A stretch of DNA of 61,905 bases from an uncultured Gammaproteobacteria bacterium (GTDB lineage Bacteria > Patescibacteriota > Microgenomatia > Daviesbacterales > UBA10151), in contig CAZKAW010000002.1 of the NCBI GenBank assembly GCA_964551255.1, positions 1-61,905 on the forward strand, given 5' to 3'. The notes under the pieces were generated by a model. It was not told where the DNA came from. It ran no database searches and worked only from the letters and a program-made list of their open reading frames with translations. Each line of letters begins with the position of its first letter. Within the stretch, counting starts at the first letter, position 1. Position numbers and translations under genes: made by a program. Shown here piece after piece: positions 36,450-47,033 of this stretch.

Positions 36450-37586
36450 TCATTCAGCACTGCTTAATTGATTAAACACTTTAAGGACCTCTCTGGCCAT
36501 TTTTTCCCAGGAGAATTTCTGAGCCTGTACTAAACCTGCTTTGGCATATTTTTGTCTTAATTTTTTATCTGTAACAACCGTTCTTATGGCCTGTTCTATT
36601 TGATCCACTGAATATGGGTCAACTAAAATACCAGCTTTCCCTACTATTTCCGGCAAGGATGAAACATTGGATACAATCACCGGTACTCCACAAGCCATTG
36701 CCTCCACAACGGATAAACCAAACCCCTCCCAAAGAGACGGTTGTACTAAGGCATAACTTGCCGATAAAAGATACGGCAAATCCTCAGCAGGAACAAAGCC
36801 ACTGAATTTTACTCTCTCTTCTATTACTAATTTTTTCGGCAACTCCAAAATATCTTCATACATCCAGCCTTCCCTGCCCTTACCGCTGCTTTTTCCCGCT
36901 ATCACAAGTTGTAAAGCGGATTCCTTAACCAGCCGGCCAAAGGCTTCTATTAACCGGGTTAAGTTTTTTCTAGGCTGGATGGTCCCTATATATACAACGA
37001 AGTTATCCTCTATTCTATATTTTTTCAATACTTTAGCAATGTTCACTTTATCATCGACTGGATGCCAAATGTTTTTATCAAAACCTGGATAAGCTACAGT
37101 TATTTTGTTTTTATTTACTTTATATTGGGAAACAATATCCTGCTTGGTAGAATTGGAAATAGCAATAATGTGGTTTGCATTTTGTATGGAAAACCTGGTC
37201 CAGTTAGTTAACTGCCATAGATCTCTTTTAAGAAAACTTCGAGGGAAATGCAAAAAAGATAGATCAAAAATAGTTACTACCCTTTTTATGGGAGAAAACC
37301 TGGGTATATAGTGGGTAGGGGAGAAGATCAAATCGGGTTTGGCTTTGCTTGTATATAAATAAAGAGGAAGGGAAATTCTAGTCCAAAGGCTTTTAGGTTT
37401 TAAAATTTTATAGCTCCATCCGGCCCTTTCTTTTGGCAAATCCTCCCGCGCAGGTCCGGGTAATAAAATTACATATTCATTTTCTCTGTCAATTTTTTCT
37501 AAATTCCTCAGAAGCTCAAAAGCCACCTGAGAAGATCCCAGTCTTTGCGGCACATTGGCTTCATACCCGTCAACTGCAATTTTCAT
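36450..37586 (-). CDS. GT4-family glycosyltransferase
   Basis: Contains PSLWEGFGLSVVEAMACGVPVIVSNVSSLPEIVG. Confidence 0.85.
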   Translation of the reverse strand: MKIAVDGYEANVPQRLGSSQVAFELLRNLEKIDRENEYVILLPGPAREDLPKERAGWSYKILKPKSLWTRISLPLYLYTSKAKPDLIFSPTHYIPRFSPIKRVVTIFDLSFLHFPRSFLKRDLWQLTNWTRFSIQNANHIIAISNSTKQDIVSQYKVNKNKITVAYPGFDKNIWHPVDDKVNIAKVLKKYRIEDNFVVYIGTIQPRKNLTRLIEAFGRLVKESALQLVIAGKSSGKGREGWMYEDILELPKKLVIEERVKFSGFVPAEDLPYLLSASYALVQPSLWEGFGLSVVEAMACGVPVIVSNVSSLPEIVGKAGILVDPYSVDQIEQAIRTVVTDKKLRQKYAKAGLVQAQKFSWEKMAREVLKVFNQLSSAE

Positions 37587-38602
37587 CTACTCGCCAACTT
37601 TCTGTAAGCTTGATATGTCTCCAAAGCTGCTTTTTCCCAGGAAAATTTTCTTACCTGCTCAAATCCTTTTTGTATCAACCCTTTCCTCAGGCCTTCATCA
37701 CCAATCACAGCTTCTAATTTCTTTTTAATGTCTCCGGGGTCCATAGGGTCAACATAAATCGCTGCCTGTCCCCCAACTTCCGGCATTGAGGACACATTTG
37801 AGGTTATAACGGGAGTGCCACAAGCCATTGCCTCCAAAATCGGCAACCCGAAGCCTTCATATAATGAAGGGTAAAGTAAAACTTGTGCCGCATTATATAA
37901 AAATGGTAGCTCCTCATAAGAAAGCTTAGTGAGGGTCTCTCCGGCAATAACCAGTTCCAAACCCCGGCATACTTCTTTTACTCTTTCCAAATTTCTTCTC
38001 TTTCCTACTCCCCCTATTGCCAGGACAAACTTTTCAGGCAATCTCATCTTTCTTCTAAAAACTTCTACCTCGCTTTTTGGCAGTGGCTTAAATATTGTAC
38101 TTACCCCTTCATAAATTACTACCACCTTTCCTTCGGGAATATTAGATATTTCCAAAATATCTTTCTTGGTAGATTTTGAAACAGCTATTATTAAATCAAT
38201 TTCTTTTTCGACAAGCCTTAATCTTCTTTTGTGGACGGCTACTATTTTTGGGTGAGACCACCGGGGGTATTTTAAAGGTATCACATCATGGTAAGTGGTC
38301 ACTTTTTTTGCTTTTGTAGGAGGTTGGGTCCAGTCGCTTGAATGGAATATGTCTACAGGACCGATAAATTTTTCTATTCCAACATTTCTCCACTTGTTAA
38401 ACAGCATCTCAAAAATTGTGGGTGGCAGCCTGTATGATTTAACATTTTTTAAATCACCTTTGTAGGGCTTTCTGAAAGAGGAATAAAAATAGATCATTTC
38501 CAAATTTTTAATTTTTCGCAAATGCTTTGCTAACTCCCCGGTATAAACTGCTACTCCCCCGCTAAAGGCTGCCTGGGAAATATCAAAACCTGCTTTGATC
38601 AT
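37583..38602 (-). CDS. GT4-family glycosyltransferase
   Basis: Contains [34 protein letters not shown]. Confidence 0.85.
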   Translation of the reverse strand: MIKAGFDISQAAFSGGVAVYTGELAKHLRKIKNLEMIYFYSSFRKPYKGDLKNVKSYRLPPTIFEMLFNKWRNVGIEKFIGPVDIFHSSDWTQPPTKAKKVTTYHDVIPLKYPRWSHPKIVAVHKRRLRLVEKEIDLIIAVSKSTKKDILEISNIPEGKVVVIYEGVSTIFKPLPKSEVEVFRRKMRLPEKFVLAIGGVGKRRNLERVKEVCRGLELVIAGETLTKLSYEELPFLYNAAQVLLYPSLYEGFGLPILEAMACGTPVITSNVSSMPEVGGQAAIYVDPMDPGDIKKKLEAVIGDEGLRKGLIQKGFEQVRKFSWEKAALETYQAYRKLASR

Positions 38603-38608
38603 TATTCT

Positions 38609-40444
38609 TTATTGTACCAAACGCGGATCAGCTTGGAAAACATTTAATAATTGCATCCCGGTTAAAATAATCAGTGCTCCAATTAATATCCTGCTAAATT
38701 TTGTTGGTAATTTAGCTATTAAATAACCTCCCCCTAAGCCCAGTAAAATATGCAAAAGAGGATACACTATCAGCGATAAATATAAATTGTCCCAAATTTT
38801 ATTAAAGTCGAAACGAAGTAGCGCAGAAGAAACAGCAGGAGAAAAATTCCGGCTTACAATTTCTACATTGAAAGGGGTAGTAAATGAAAAACCAAAAAAT
38901 CTTAAAGGATCCAGGGCAACACCAAAATAATATTTTCCGAAAATAAAGGAAAATCTAAAAGCTTGGATGATAAAATCCAGTCCAAATGATAAAGGAATAA
39001 ACCATAAGGTTAACCGGTTTTTATTTAGGATAGTACTCCCAGAGAGTAACCATATAATAATGTAGGAAACTAAAATGAGAATTATCTGTGCAGGAATTAA
39101 ATAAGGGATCAAGAAACCATAAAACACTTGCCAGCCGAATTGATAGTTTGACTTTAAAATTAGACCAAAAGAACCAAAAGCAAACAGGGTTGCTATTACC
39201 CAAAGTTTGAAAGTTTTTTTAAATAGAGCCAACACCCCGTAAAGAAAAATAACTATAATGAAATAAGGAAAATAGGATAATTCAGTTTTGGAACTAAGTT
39301 TGTCTAAGTTACGATCCAGGAAATTACCTTTATCAGCTATGAAAAAGTCATTAAAAGCTATTTCCGGCTGGTATTTGATATATTCTCCTAACTGAGAGTT
39401 GCCCCTTGAATCGGTTGTCATAATCCATTTAGAGCTGCCGCTTTTTACCTCAAATTGTTTTGGAAATTCTGGAAAAACTTTGTAAAATTTGTCTGTGAAC
39501 TGCCTCATGGTTGCAAAATTCAGGTTGGGTATAGAAGATAAATATTTAAGCTGATTTCCGTATTCATCAATGTAACCTACGCTTTCGATTCCAGTTTCCA
39601 AACCAACTGTTACTTGCCCTATTGGATTTTTGCAGTCCAGATAAATATTTACTAAGTTTTTGAAATAGTCCGTATCTTTTCCCTGCCGGATATAATCATT
39701 TGCCTGCAAAGAGTAATTAGAATATGCCGGCCCCTTCCCTACTGCCAAATCCGGATCCCGCTGGGCCCACTGGATAATTAATACATCCTGCTTGTTTAAT
39801 AAACTGCTTGTCGGAGTCAGAATATTTGCCTTAGAAGGATAATAAGGCATACCCCACCAGGCCCCCCATACTCCATAATTATCAGTTATTTTTTGGTCTG
39901 CTACTATGAGGGCTGCTGCAATATCATATTTATTCCTCATGTAATTTAAAGAATAAGAGTCTATCCACCATGCTCCGACAGATTTCGGGTAGTAGCCAAA
40001 AACACTTTTGAATTTTTCAAAAAATTCATCTATTAATTTACGCCTCTCGGATTGGGTATAACCTGAAAGGAAAACAGCATTCGGATCAAACCAGGCAGCA
40101 TCATAAGGATAAATAACTCTAGCCTGCTCTGCCAGGATAGGGGATATTTCTAAAAAAACTCCTTTTTCCTGATTACTATCAAATTCATTAATCTCATCAA
40201 GCAGTTCTTGGTCAGTTAAAACATCATATTGCATTAACCAAGTAGCTGAAAAACCGTGCCGTTTTATCAAACTATATTGTTCCTTTAAGGGATTTAAACT
40301 TTTATCAGTCCAAAGGTCTCTGCTTCGTACTGGATTAACTAGGGTGACAAAACGATTATCACAATCTTTTTCTCCTTTGGCCCAAACATGGCTAGTATTT
40401 AAAAGGGAGAGAACTAGGATTATTATAAAGGAGATTGTTTTCAT
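38609..40444 (-). CDS. fusion protein: secreted carbohydrate-enzyme-like domain plus C-terminal polytopic membrane domain
   Basis: Signal peptide MKTISFIIILVLSLLNTSHVWA. A soluble domain of about 370 aa follows (RHGFSATWLMQYDVL, GVFLEISP, AWWIDSY), vaguely like a NodB or glycoside-hydrolase barrel. About 7 TM helices follow that. Confidence 0.45.
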   Translation of the reverse strand: MKTISFIIILVLSLLNTSHVWAKGEKDCDNRFVTLVNPVRSRDLWTDKSLNPLKEQYSLIKRHGFSATWLMQYDVLTDQELLDEINEFDSNQEKGVFLEISPILAEQARVIYPYDAAWFDPNAVFLSGYTQSERRKLIDEFFEKFKSVFGYYPKSVGAWWIDSYSLNYMRNKYDIAAALIVADQKITDNYGVWGAWWGMPYYPSKANILTPTSSLLNKQDVLIIQWAQRDPDLAVGKGPAYSNYSLQANDYIRQGKDTDYFKNLVNIYLDCKNPIGQVTVGLETGIESVGYIDEYGNQLKYLSSIPNLNFATMRQFTDKFYKVFPEFPKQFEVKSGSSKWIMTTDSRGNSQLGEYIKYQPEIAFNDFFIADKGNFLDRNLDKLSSKTELSYFPYFIIVIFLYGVLALFKKTFKLWVIATLFAFGSFGLILKSNYQFGWQVFYGFLIPYLIPAQIILILVSYIIIWLLSGSTILNKNRLTLWFIPLSFGLDFIIQAFRFSFIFGKYYFGVALDPLRFFGFSFTTPFNVEIVSRNFSPAVSSALLRFDFNKIWDNLYLSLIVYPLLHILLGLGGGYLIAKLPTKFSRILIGALIILTGMQLLNVFQADPRLVQ

Positions 40445-40446
40445 CT

Positions 40447-42021
40447 CTATCTAAAAAATATATCCTTAATTAAATAAGGATTAGGTTCTACCTTAATTTC
40501 CTCATCAGTCAGTTGATATTTTTCTATAACAAAACCATTTTCAAAAAGAATTATATCTTGCGGTTTTTTATTTAACCTCACATCATTACTTTTCCAAGAG
40601 GTACTATTAATATTTTTTTGATACCAAATACTGTTTGGATCTTTACCATAATATGGGGGAGGGGCAATAACAAGATATGTTATGGCTTTTTTTTCATAGG
40701 GCTTAACCTTTTTATTCTTAAATCTTTTTTGGTAGAAATCTAATGCGTAGCGAGGGGAGTAACCGTATAAATCAGGAGTAAAAATAAAATAGCCAAATTC
40801 ACTTTCATTACCAGAAAAAACTTTTTCCGCCACTAATTTATTAAACTTCCACACACTGACATCTTGTTTTGTGGGATCCGGATTGTAGGAAAATATATCT
40901 TTCAGTCCGACTTGTAAATTAACTGCGTAAATTAATATAAAAAGAGCATAAAAAATGATCTTATTTATCTGTCTAAAAGAAACAAATATTAAAACTAGCA
41001 GGGGAATAAAAGGTAAAGAATAATATCCCCATACCGGCCCTTTAAAAAATATGGCCAAAAACCAAAATCCGCCGTATAAAATAACAAATAATAGGTAAGT
41101 TTGCTTTTGTTTCTGATCAGCGTATTTAAAAATTCTATATAGGGCAAAAATAAAAAAAAGCAATAAAAAAATTGTTAAATAAGCATTACCCCCAGTAAGC
41201 AGTCCTAAACCATCAATTACTGATTCCTTTAACCTAAGCGTGATGACCCGGTCATAACCAAGAACTAATTTACCATGTGTTTCACTCCCCCAAAGGTAAT
41301 TGATAACGGACCTCACCTGAAGAAAATTATTTCTTAAATCAAATAATATAAAGGTTGATAAAGGCACTGTCAGTATTAAAAAAGCAGATAGATGAGAAAC
41401 GGTTTTCATTTTGATTATCCAATATATCAGATAAACAGTACTCAAAATTAGAATTGGCACACCAAAGGCCATCTGGAACTGAATAATAAGACCCAAAACA
41501 AATAAAGCCGTAAAGAGAGTTTTAATGCTTTTATTTTTTAGATAAAGAGTAAACAGGTAAAAGTAAAGCGGGGCCAAAATTAATGCCCCGTAAGGGTTGA
41601 ATAAAGTTCGCACATTTAAAACCGTCACTGAAGATAAGAGTAAAGCGCTCAGTAACCCTTCCTCCGCACCAAACAGTTTTTTTCCAACATAATAGGTAAT
41701 CAAAATACTTAAGATATAAATCATTACCCAAAACCAGCCAACAATAACAGGATCTCCATTCCCAATCATAAAGCTGGGAAGATTTAAATAAAGCCAAAGC
41801 GGACCGTGGAATAAACCGGGGATAGCTCCGGATCTTGGTCCAATCAGTGTTGGATGTTTATTTTCCACAATATCTTCCATTAAAAGAAAATCCCGGGCGA
41901 TATCTGTATGGAAAAAAATATTACCGTCACTTACCCATCTGGAAGCCAGGAAAACATTAAATATAATTAAGGGGAAAATTATATATCTTAATTTTATTCC
42001 CGAAAGGAAGAATTTATTCAT
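40447..42021 (-). CDS. GT-C-like polytopic membrane glycosyltransferase (paralog of 42018..43526)
   Basis: The first loop is FHTDIARDFLLMEDI..LIGPRSGAIPGLFHGPLWLY, parallel to FGFDQARDAF..ITGPPTATGIINHGVLYYY in the neighbouring gene. It has a C-terminal soluble domain. Confidence 0.55.
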   Translation of the reverse strand: MNKFFLSGIKLRYIIFPLIIFNVFLASRWVSDGNIFFHTDIARDFLLMEDIVENKHPTLIGPRSGAIPGLFHGPLWLYLNLPSFMIGNGDPVIVGWFWVMIYILSILITYYVGKKLFGAEEGLLSALLLSSVTVLNVRTLFNPYGALILAPLYFYLFTLYLKNKSIKTLFTALFVLGLIIQFQMAFGVPILILSTVYLIYWIIKMKTVSHLSAFLILTVPLSTFILFDLRNNFLQVRSVINYLWGSETHGKLVLGYDRVITLRLKESVIDGLGLLTGGNAYLTIFLLLFFIFALYRIFKYADQKQKQTYLLFVILYGGFWFLAIFFKGPVWGYYSLPFIPLLVLIFVSFRQINKIIFYALFILIYAVNLQVGLKDIFSYNPDPTKQDVSVWKFNKLVAEKVFSGNESEFGYFIFTPDLYGYSPRYALDFYQKRFKNKKVKPYEKKAITYLVIAPPPYYGKDPNSIWYQKNINSTSWKSNDVRLNKKPQDIILFENGFVIEKYQLTDEEIKVEPNPYLIKDIFFR

Positions 42022-43526
42022 TTTGGCTGCTGTACCCAGATCTCCATTGTCCCTATTTTCCTTTTTTCGCTTGTCTTTGCATAATTTTCTTCATTGTCTA
42101 TAAAACTATTAATAAGGTACGGGGGTATACCATCAAGTGGTTCTATGATTAAGAAACGTGTGTTTGGTAATTTACTTCTTGCCTTTTCTACTTTTAATTT
42201 TCCGGGAAAACCCGCTGCCGCATCTCCTCCCCAAAGGGGAACATACCCATATTTTTTTCTTCCATACCACTCAAATAAATAACTCCAGGTAGTATTAACA
42301 TTGTACGGCATCGTCAAAGCATTTACAGCAAAGTCCCCTCCTGCGGCAGTTTGGTAAATAAAATCCAGTATTTTTTTCTCATCTCTTAACAGCAAACCTA
42401 CCTGCGGATTAATTTTTTGATTAGGACCCACGGGATTATTTTTTGTAATTAAGCTTATGTTGGAAAACAATATCAAAAGTAAAATAAAAAGTGCTAAACT
42501 TTTACTCTTAGAAAATAATTTCGATATTAGGAAGGCTGAAAATATTAAAAGAGAGATGGACGTACCCGTATTGTAAAAGTATGCGTCGTTACTCATGACA
42601 AAATAGACAAGGAAACCTCCGAAAAACCAAAGAATTAAAAAAGTAAGTTGATGTCTAAATTCTCCTTTAGTAATTAATTTGGCAAGGATAATAATAAAGC
42701 CTATCGCCAAAACAGCAGGAGCAATTGAATTTCCGGCAAGATTATCATGAAAATGGCGGTTTATAATATGAAGAATTTGCGGTAAGCTGCTGCTCCCTCC
42801 AAAGCCTGATGAATTAAAAAAATTTGATAACTGTTTAGTAATTAGAAAATTGTTTTTTATCTCGGAAAGCAGATAAGAAGAAAGCGGAAGCAATAGAGCT
42901 ATCAGGGCAAAGGTTACATTCTTAAAATTAATTTCTGGAACTTCTTTTCTAAAAATGAGCGCAAATAATATAAAAACCCCTATTAGCTGTATTTCCACAA
43001 ATTCAAATTGGATAGATAGTCCCAGTCCGAAAAGAGCCAGGGGTAACCCCCAGGCTTTTTTTCTGAAAACCCAAATTGACAATCCTAAGTAAAAAAATAA
43101 AACAGATATTACAGCTAAAGAAGGGTGGTTTAAGAAAAGTGAAAATTGAGTTTGTTCATAAGATATGGCAAAGAGAAAGGCTGCTAAAAAAGCAGACAAT
43201 TTTCCGAACATCGGATAAGCTATCAAAAATACTAAAAATATTCCTGTAGCGTTAAAAAATCTTAAAAATGCCGAAACACTGGCAGGATCTCCTCCGCTAA
43301 TAAAATAGAATGGAGTAAAGATGTAGTAATACAAAACCCCATGATTAATGATTCCAGTGGCTGTGGGCGGGCCGGTGATTTTAAGATTGCCGGAAATAAT
43401 CTCCGCTACTGCAAACGCATCTCTGGCCTGATCAAAACCAAAATAAGTATTTTGCGGAAAATATAAAAAACGAAGGATTAATGCCAATATAAAAATAAGG
43501 CACAAGTAAACTGAGTTATTTTTCAT
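42018..43526 (-). CDS. GT-C-like polytopic membrane glycosyltransferase
   Basis: An acidic motif, FGFDQARDA, lies in the first external loop. About 12 TM helices and a C-terminal soluble domain are present. Confidence 0.6.
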   Translation of the reverse strand: MKNNSVYLCLIFILALILRFLYFPQNTYFGFDQARDAFAVAEIISGNLKITGPPTATGIINHGVLYYYIFTPFYFISGGDPASVSAFLRFFNATGIFLVFLIAYPMFGKLSAFLAAFLFAISYEQTQFSLFLNHPSLAVISVLFFYLGLSIWVFRKKAWGLPLALFGLGLSIQFEFVEIQLIGVFILFALIFRKEVPEINFKNVTFALIALLLPLSSYLLSEIKNNFLITKQLSNFFNSSGFGGSSSLPQILHIINRHFHDNLAGNSIAPAVLAIGFIIILAKLITKGEFRHQLTFLILWFFGGFLVYFVMSNDAYFYNTGTSISLLIFSAFLISKLFSKSKSLALFILLLILFSNISLITKNNPVGPNQKINPQVGLLLRDEKKILDFIYQTAAGGDFAVNALTMPYNVNTTWSYLFEWYGRKKYGYVPLWGGDAAAGFPGKLKVEKARSKLPNTRFLIIEPLDGIPPYLINSFIDNEENYAKTSEKRKIGTMEIWVQQPK

Positions 43527-44907
43527 AAAGCTTCACAAATCCTATCCCTCTAAAATTATAAACCTTGGTGTTAACAAAATTAAGATTTTTAAGTTTCTTT
43601 TCAACTGTCCTTTTTGGGTCATATATATCTGCCAAATATTCAAAAAGGAAAGCTTTGTATTTATTTTCCAAAGCAGTTTCCAGATTTTCAGAAAGCCCCG
43701 ATTGAAAACTTGACAAATCTTTGGCATAATACCTAACAGGTGCCGGAATTTCCGGGTATTCAAAAATTACCGGTGACTCATCATTCTGTTTGGAAACAAA
43801 ACTTACCGCTTCTTTCCAGTCTTCGCGGTGAAATTCAGGGTTAAAAAGATAGAGGGAGCTTGTGATAAGTGCTGACACTACCAAAAGTGTTGCCAAAATA
43901 TTTGACAGCTTAGTACTAAATTTTAATAGTCCTGCCGCTGTTAATAAATAAAACGCCGGCAGGATAAAAATAAACCTAAAATAAGAAAAAACAGGGATAA
44001 AAAAGGAGATCAAAAAAGAAACAACGGGCGGAAAAACTAGCCATAACCAGAGCAGAGATATTTTCAAATCAAATTTTGATTTTAATAATTTAACCAAGCT
44101 GAAGACAAACGGAAAACCTAAGGCGGAGGAAAAAAGAATGTACGCTAAGTTGTTGTCAAAACTTACTCTACCAGTAAGTATCTTAACCGGTAGCAACAAA
44201 ATCTCTTTTATACCCGCTCCCCCTACCACTTCCTGCCATCCGGTAAGTGAGAAGGCTGTAAATTGACCTCCTGTTAATTGCTCAGGAAAAATTAGAAGCC
44301 AGGGTAACACAAAAATAATCCCACCACCGAGAGTTAAGATATAAGATAAAAAAATTTTTTTATCATTAAGAATAATCCATATCAAATGAACCGGCAAAAT
44401 AAAATAAGCCAAATAATCAGAATACAAAAGCAACCCGACTGATAAAAGGTATCCAATTCTACTCCATCTTTTCCCTTTTAGAAATTTAATAAGAAAAAGG
44501 GTGGCCAGAGTTGCGGTGAATGCAGCAAAAGAATACATTCTTGCCTCCTGGGAATAATAGATATGAAGAGGCGCCACAGTTAAAAGTAGTGCTGCCAAAA
44601 GCCCCGTCTTTTTACCCAGCAGTTCTTTTCCTATTAAGAAAGTTATAAAAATTGTAAGCACGCCAAAAATTAACGAGGGCAATCTGACTGATAATTCGGA
44701 AAAGCCAAAGAGATGACCCCAAATCCAAAGAATTGCAAAATATCCGGGGGGATGAAAATCTCCTATTGGATATTCGGTTACAAACCACCAAAAGGAGGAA
44801 GTACCGGCATATACCACATTAATTGCCTCATCCCACCATAAACTCTGATTTAAACTCATAAACCTTATCAGTAACGCCCAAACCAGTATTAACCAGACCA
44901 TACTCAT
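43516..44907 (-). CDS. GT39/GT83-type (ArnT/PMT family) membrane glycosyltransferase
   Basis: Classical N-terminal signatures are present: LNQSLWWDEAINV, DFHPPGYF, VRLPSLIFG and PLHIYYSQEARMY. Confidence 0.8.
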   Translation of the reverse strand: MSMVWLILVWALLIRFMSLNQSLWWDEAINVVYAGTSSFWWFVTEYPIGDFHPPGYFAILWIWGHLFGFSELSVRLPSLIFGVLTIFITFLIGKELLGKKTGLLAALLLTVAPLHIYYSQEARMYSFAAFTATLATLFLIKFLKGKRWSRIGYLLSVGLLLYSDYLAYFILPVHLIWIILNDKKIFLSYILTLGGGIIFVLPWLLIFPEQLTGGQFTAFSLTGWQEVVGGAGIKEILLLPVKILTGRVSFDNNLAYILFSSALGFPFVFSLVKLLKSKFDLKISLLWLWLVFPPVVSFLISFFIPVFSYFRFIFILPAFYLLTAAGLLKFSTKLSNILATLLVVSALITSSLYLFNPEFHREDWKEAVSFVSKQNDESPVIFEYPEIPAPVRYYAKDLSSFQSGLSENLETALENKYKAFLFEYLADIYDPKRTVEKKLKNLNFVNTKVYNFRGIGFVKLYEK

Positions 44908-44910
44908 AGT

Positions 44911-46023
44911 TTATGATACAAAATACCCTCTTGAAAATAGCATTAACAATATAAAAAGTAAGGTGGATGAAATAATAATATAGAAAAATTTAAGGGGTTT
45001 ATTTTTTATTAAAGCTAAAGCTATAAAAATGGGAAATATAGTCAATATGTAACGAGGTAAAGCGGAAAAAGTGCCCGTTGAAGTAATAATAAGAAAATTT
45101 ATTAAAGCAAACACTAAATAGCTTGTCCTAACCTTTCTCTTCCAGGCAATATAAAGAAAGATTACGGTAAACAGAAATGAAATTAGTTCTAATATCGCTA
45201 TACCCCAATCGTGAGAATTTACAGGTACTGTGGTCAAAATTTTAGAATATCTGAAAATCGTCTGAGGAAAAAATACTATCTCCGTGACACTTCTATTATT
45301 ACCTACTTCCCCTTGTGCCAGAATGAAGTATAAAAAATTATGCCACTTATAGTAATTAAATACCGAGTATGTGATAAGTCCTAAAGGAATAATTAAAAAA
45401 AGTGCTAATTTTCTATTTATCTTTTCGGATTTGGCAAACTCATACAATAGTGCGGGTAAAATAGCAATACCTACCACCCTAGTTACCATCAGCAAAGCTC
45501 CACAAACAATGGATAATAGCCATTTCCTCTTTCTGGCAAAATAAAATGCCAAAACTGTAAGCAGCAAAAATAGCCCCTCTGAATAAATACTAATAAAGAA
45601 AAAGGATGTTGGGAAAAGTAAGAGATAGATTATACTTTGTGTTGATACTTGAATGGAAAAATCTAACTCAATCAGTTTTTTTAAAAAAAACAGGGCCAGA
45701 AAGAAAATAGCGGAAACTGTCACTATAGCCAGCAATAACGAGCCTAACGTAAACTTTAGAATAAGTGGAAATAAGGGAAAGAATCTCGCTTGATTTGTGT
45801 AACCATATTGAGCAATATTCAAATAATGAATGCCGTCAAAATTAGCCCAGGGGAATAAAAAAATAGAGTTGAAATTTAAATTTGAGTTAATATAATTATA
45901 TACATAAGTTGTAGGAACAGGCAGATTATAAGAGATAAAATAAGCCCCGAATATTAAGGGAACAAACAAAACTACCCGCCAGGTTAAAAAAACTGGAATT
46001 AGAAATTTCATTACTCCTTCCAA
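44911..46023 (-). CDS. PIG-V/GT76-like mannosyltransferase-family membrane protein
   Basis: Polytopic membrane protein. The first-loop motif FPWANFDGIHYLNIAQYGY resembles the W-DG-Y-IA-GY signature of the Mannosyl_trans2 family. Confidence 0.6.
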   Translation of the reverse strand: MEGVMKFLIPVFLTWRVVLFVPLIFGAYFISYNLPVPTTYVYNYINSNLNFNSIFLFPWANFDGIHYLNIAQYGYTNQARFFPLFPLILKFTLGSLLLAIVTVSAIFFLALFFLKKLIELDFSIQVSTQSIIYLLLFPTSFFFISIYSEGLFLLLTVLAFYFARKRKWLLSIVCGALLMVTRVVGIAILPALLYEFAKSEKINRKLALFLIIPLGLITYSVFNYYKWHNFLYFILAQGEVGNNRSVTEIVFFPQTIFRYSKILTTVPVNSHDWGIAILELISFLFTVIFLYIAWKRKVRTSYLVFALINFLIITSTGTFSALPRYILTIFPIFIALALIKNKPLKFFYIIISSTLLFILLMLFSRGYFVS

Positions 46024-47024
46024 CCCTGAGGATGCGCTTTATACCAAACAACTAAACTTTTTATGGAATCTTCCAGGCTTCTTTGGGGTTCCCAACCCAG
46101 CACTTTTTTTGCCTTTCCAATTGAGGCAATCAGTTTGTCCGGATCCCCCTCTCTTAACTTTCCCTTCTCAACCTTAAAACTGTTATCAACTACCCTTTGA
46201 ACTGTTTCTACTACTTCTAATACGGAATTACCCCTGCCTGTCCCTATATTTATAATCTCACTTTGACCCCCTTTTAATAAATATTCCACTGCTTTTTTGT
46301 GTGCTAAATTTAAATCCACTACATTTACGTAATCTCTTATCGGACTTTCATCTTCTGTTTCTACCTCAGGATAAGTTAAGAAAAAGTCTTCAATTCCTAA
46401 AGCGCCTCTTATTGCATTTTGCACCAAAAGCATGGAAGGCTTTTTTGAATCCCCTATTAAACCATCGTCAGAAGCACCACAAACATTAAAGTATCTTAAA
46501 ATAACATAATTTAGTCTCATTAATTTAGCAAACCACAAAATGATATCTTCCACCATCTTTTTAGACTCACCATAGGGGCTGATAGGTTTTCTGGGATGAT
46601 TTTCATCCATAGGAACATAATTGGATTGACCATACACAGCACAAGTTGAGGAAAAAACCAAATTTTTAATGCCTGCTGCAAGCATAGCTGTGATAAGGTT
46701 TAATGAGCCGTCAATATTATTAGCAAAGTATTTCTCTGGCTCCTTCATTGACTCATCAACCAAACAATGAGCTCCATAGTGGATAACAACCTCTATTTCT
46801 TTTTCTGTTTCCAAAAGCGAGATGATATTTTCTTTTTTAGTTAAATCTAGCTCATAAAAACGTAATTTTCTTTCGCCAAATTTTTCTTTCAGCAACCTTA
46901 AAGGCTCTTTATATCCTGTCGAAAAATTATCAAGTGCCACAACTTCAAACCCCTCCTGAAGAAAAATATAGGTAGCAACGGAGCCTATGTACCCCCCGGC
47001 ACCTGTAATTAAGATTTTACTCAT
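46011..47024 (-). CDS. galE: UDP-glucose 4-epimerase
   Basis: Contains the SDR Rossmann motif ILITGAGGYIGS and the catalytic SPYGESKK. Length is 337 aa. Confidence 0.85.
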   Translation of the reverse strand: MSKILITGAGGYIGSVATYIFLQEGFEVVALDNFSTGYKEPLRLLKEKFGERKLRFYELDLTKKENIISLLETEKEIEVVIHYGAHCLVDESMKEPEKYFANNIDGSLNLITAMLAAGIKNLVFSSTCAVYGQSNYVPMDENHPRKPISPYGESKKMVEDIILWFAKLMRLNYVILRYFNVCGASDDGLIGDSKKPSMLLVQNAIRGALGIEDFFLTYPEVETEDESPIRDYVNVVDLNLAHKKAVEYLLKGGQSEIINIGTGRGNSVLEVVETVQRVVDNSFKVEKGKLREGDPDKLIASIGKAKKVLGWEPQRSLEDSIKSLVVWYKAHPQGWKE

Positions 47025-47033
47025 AATTTTATC

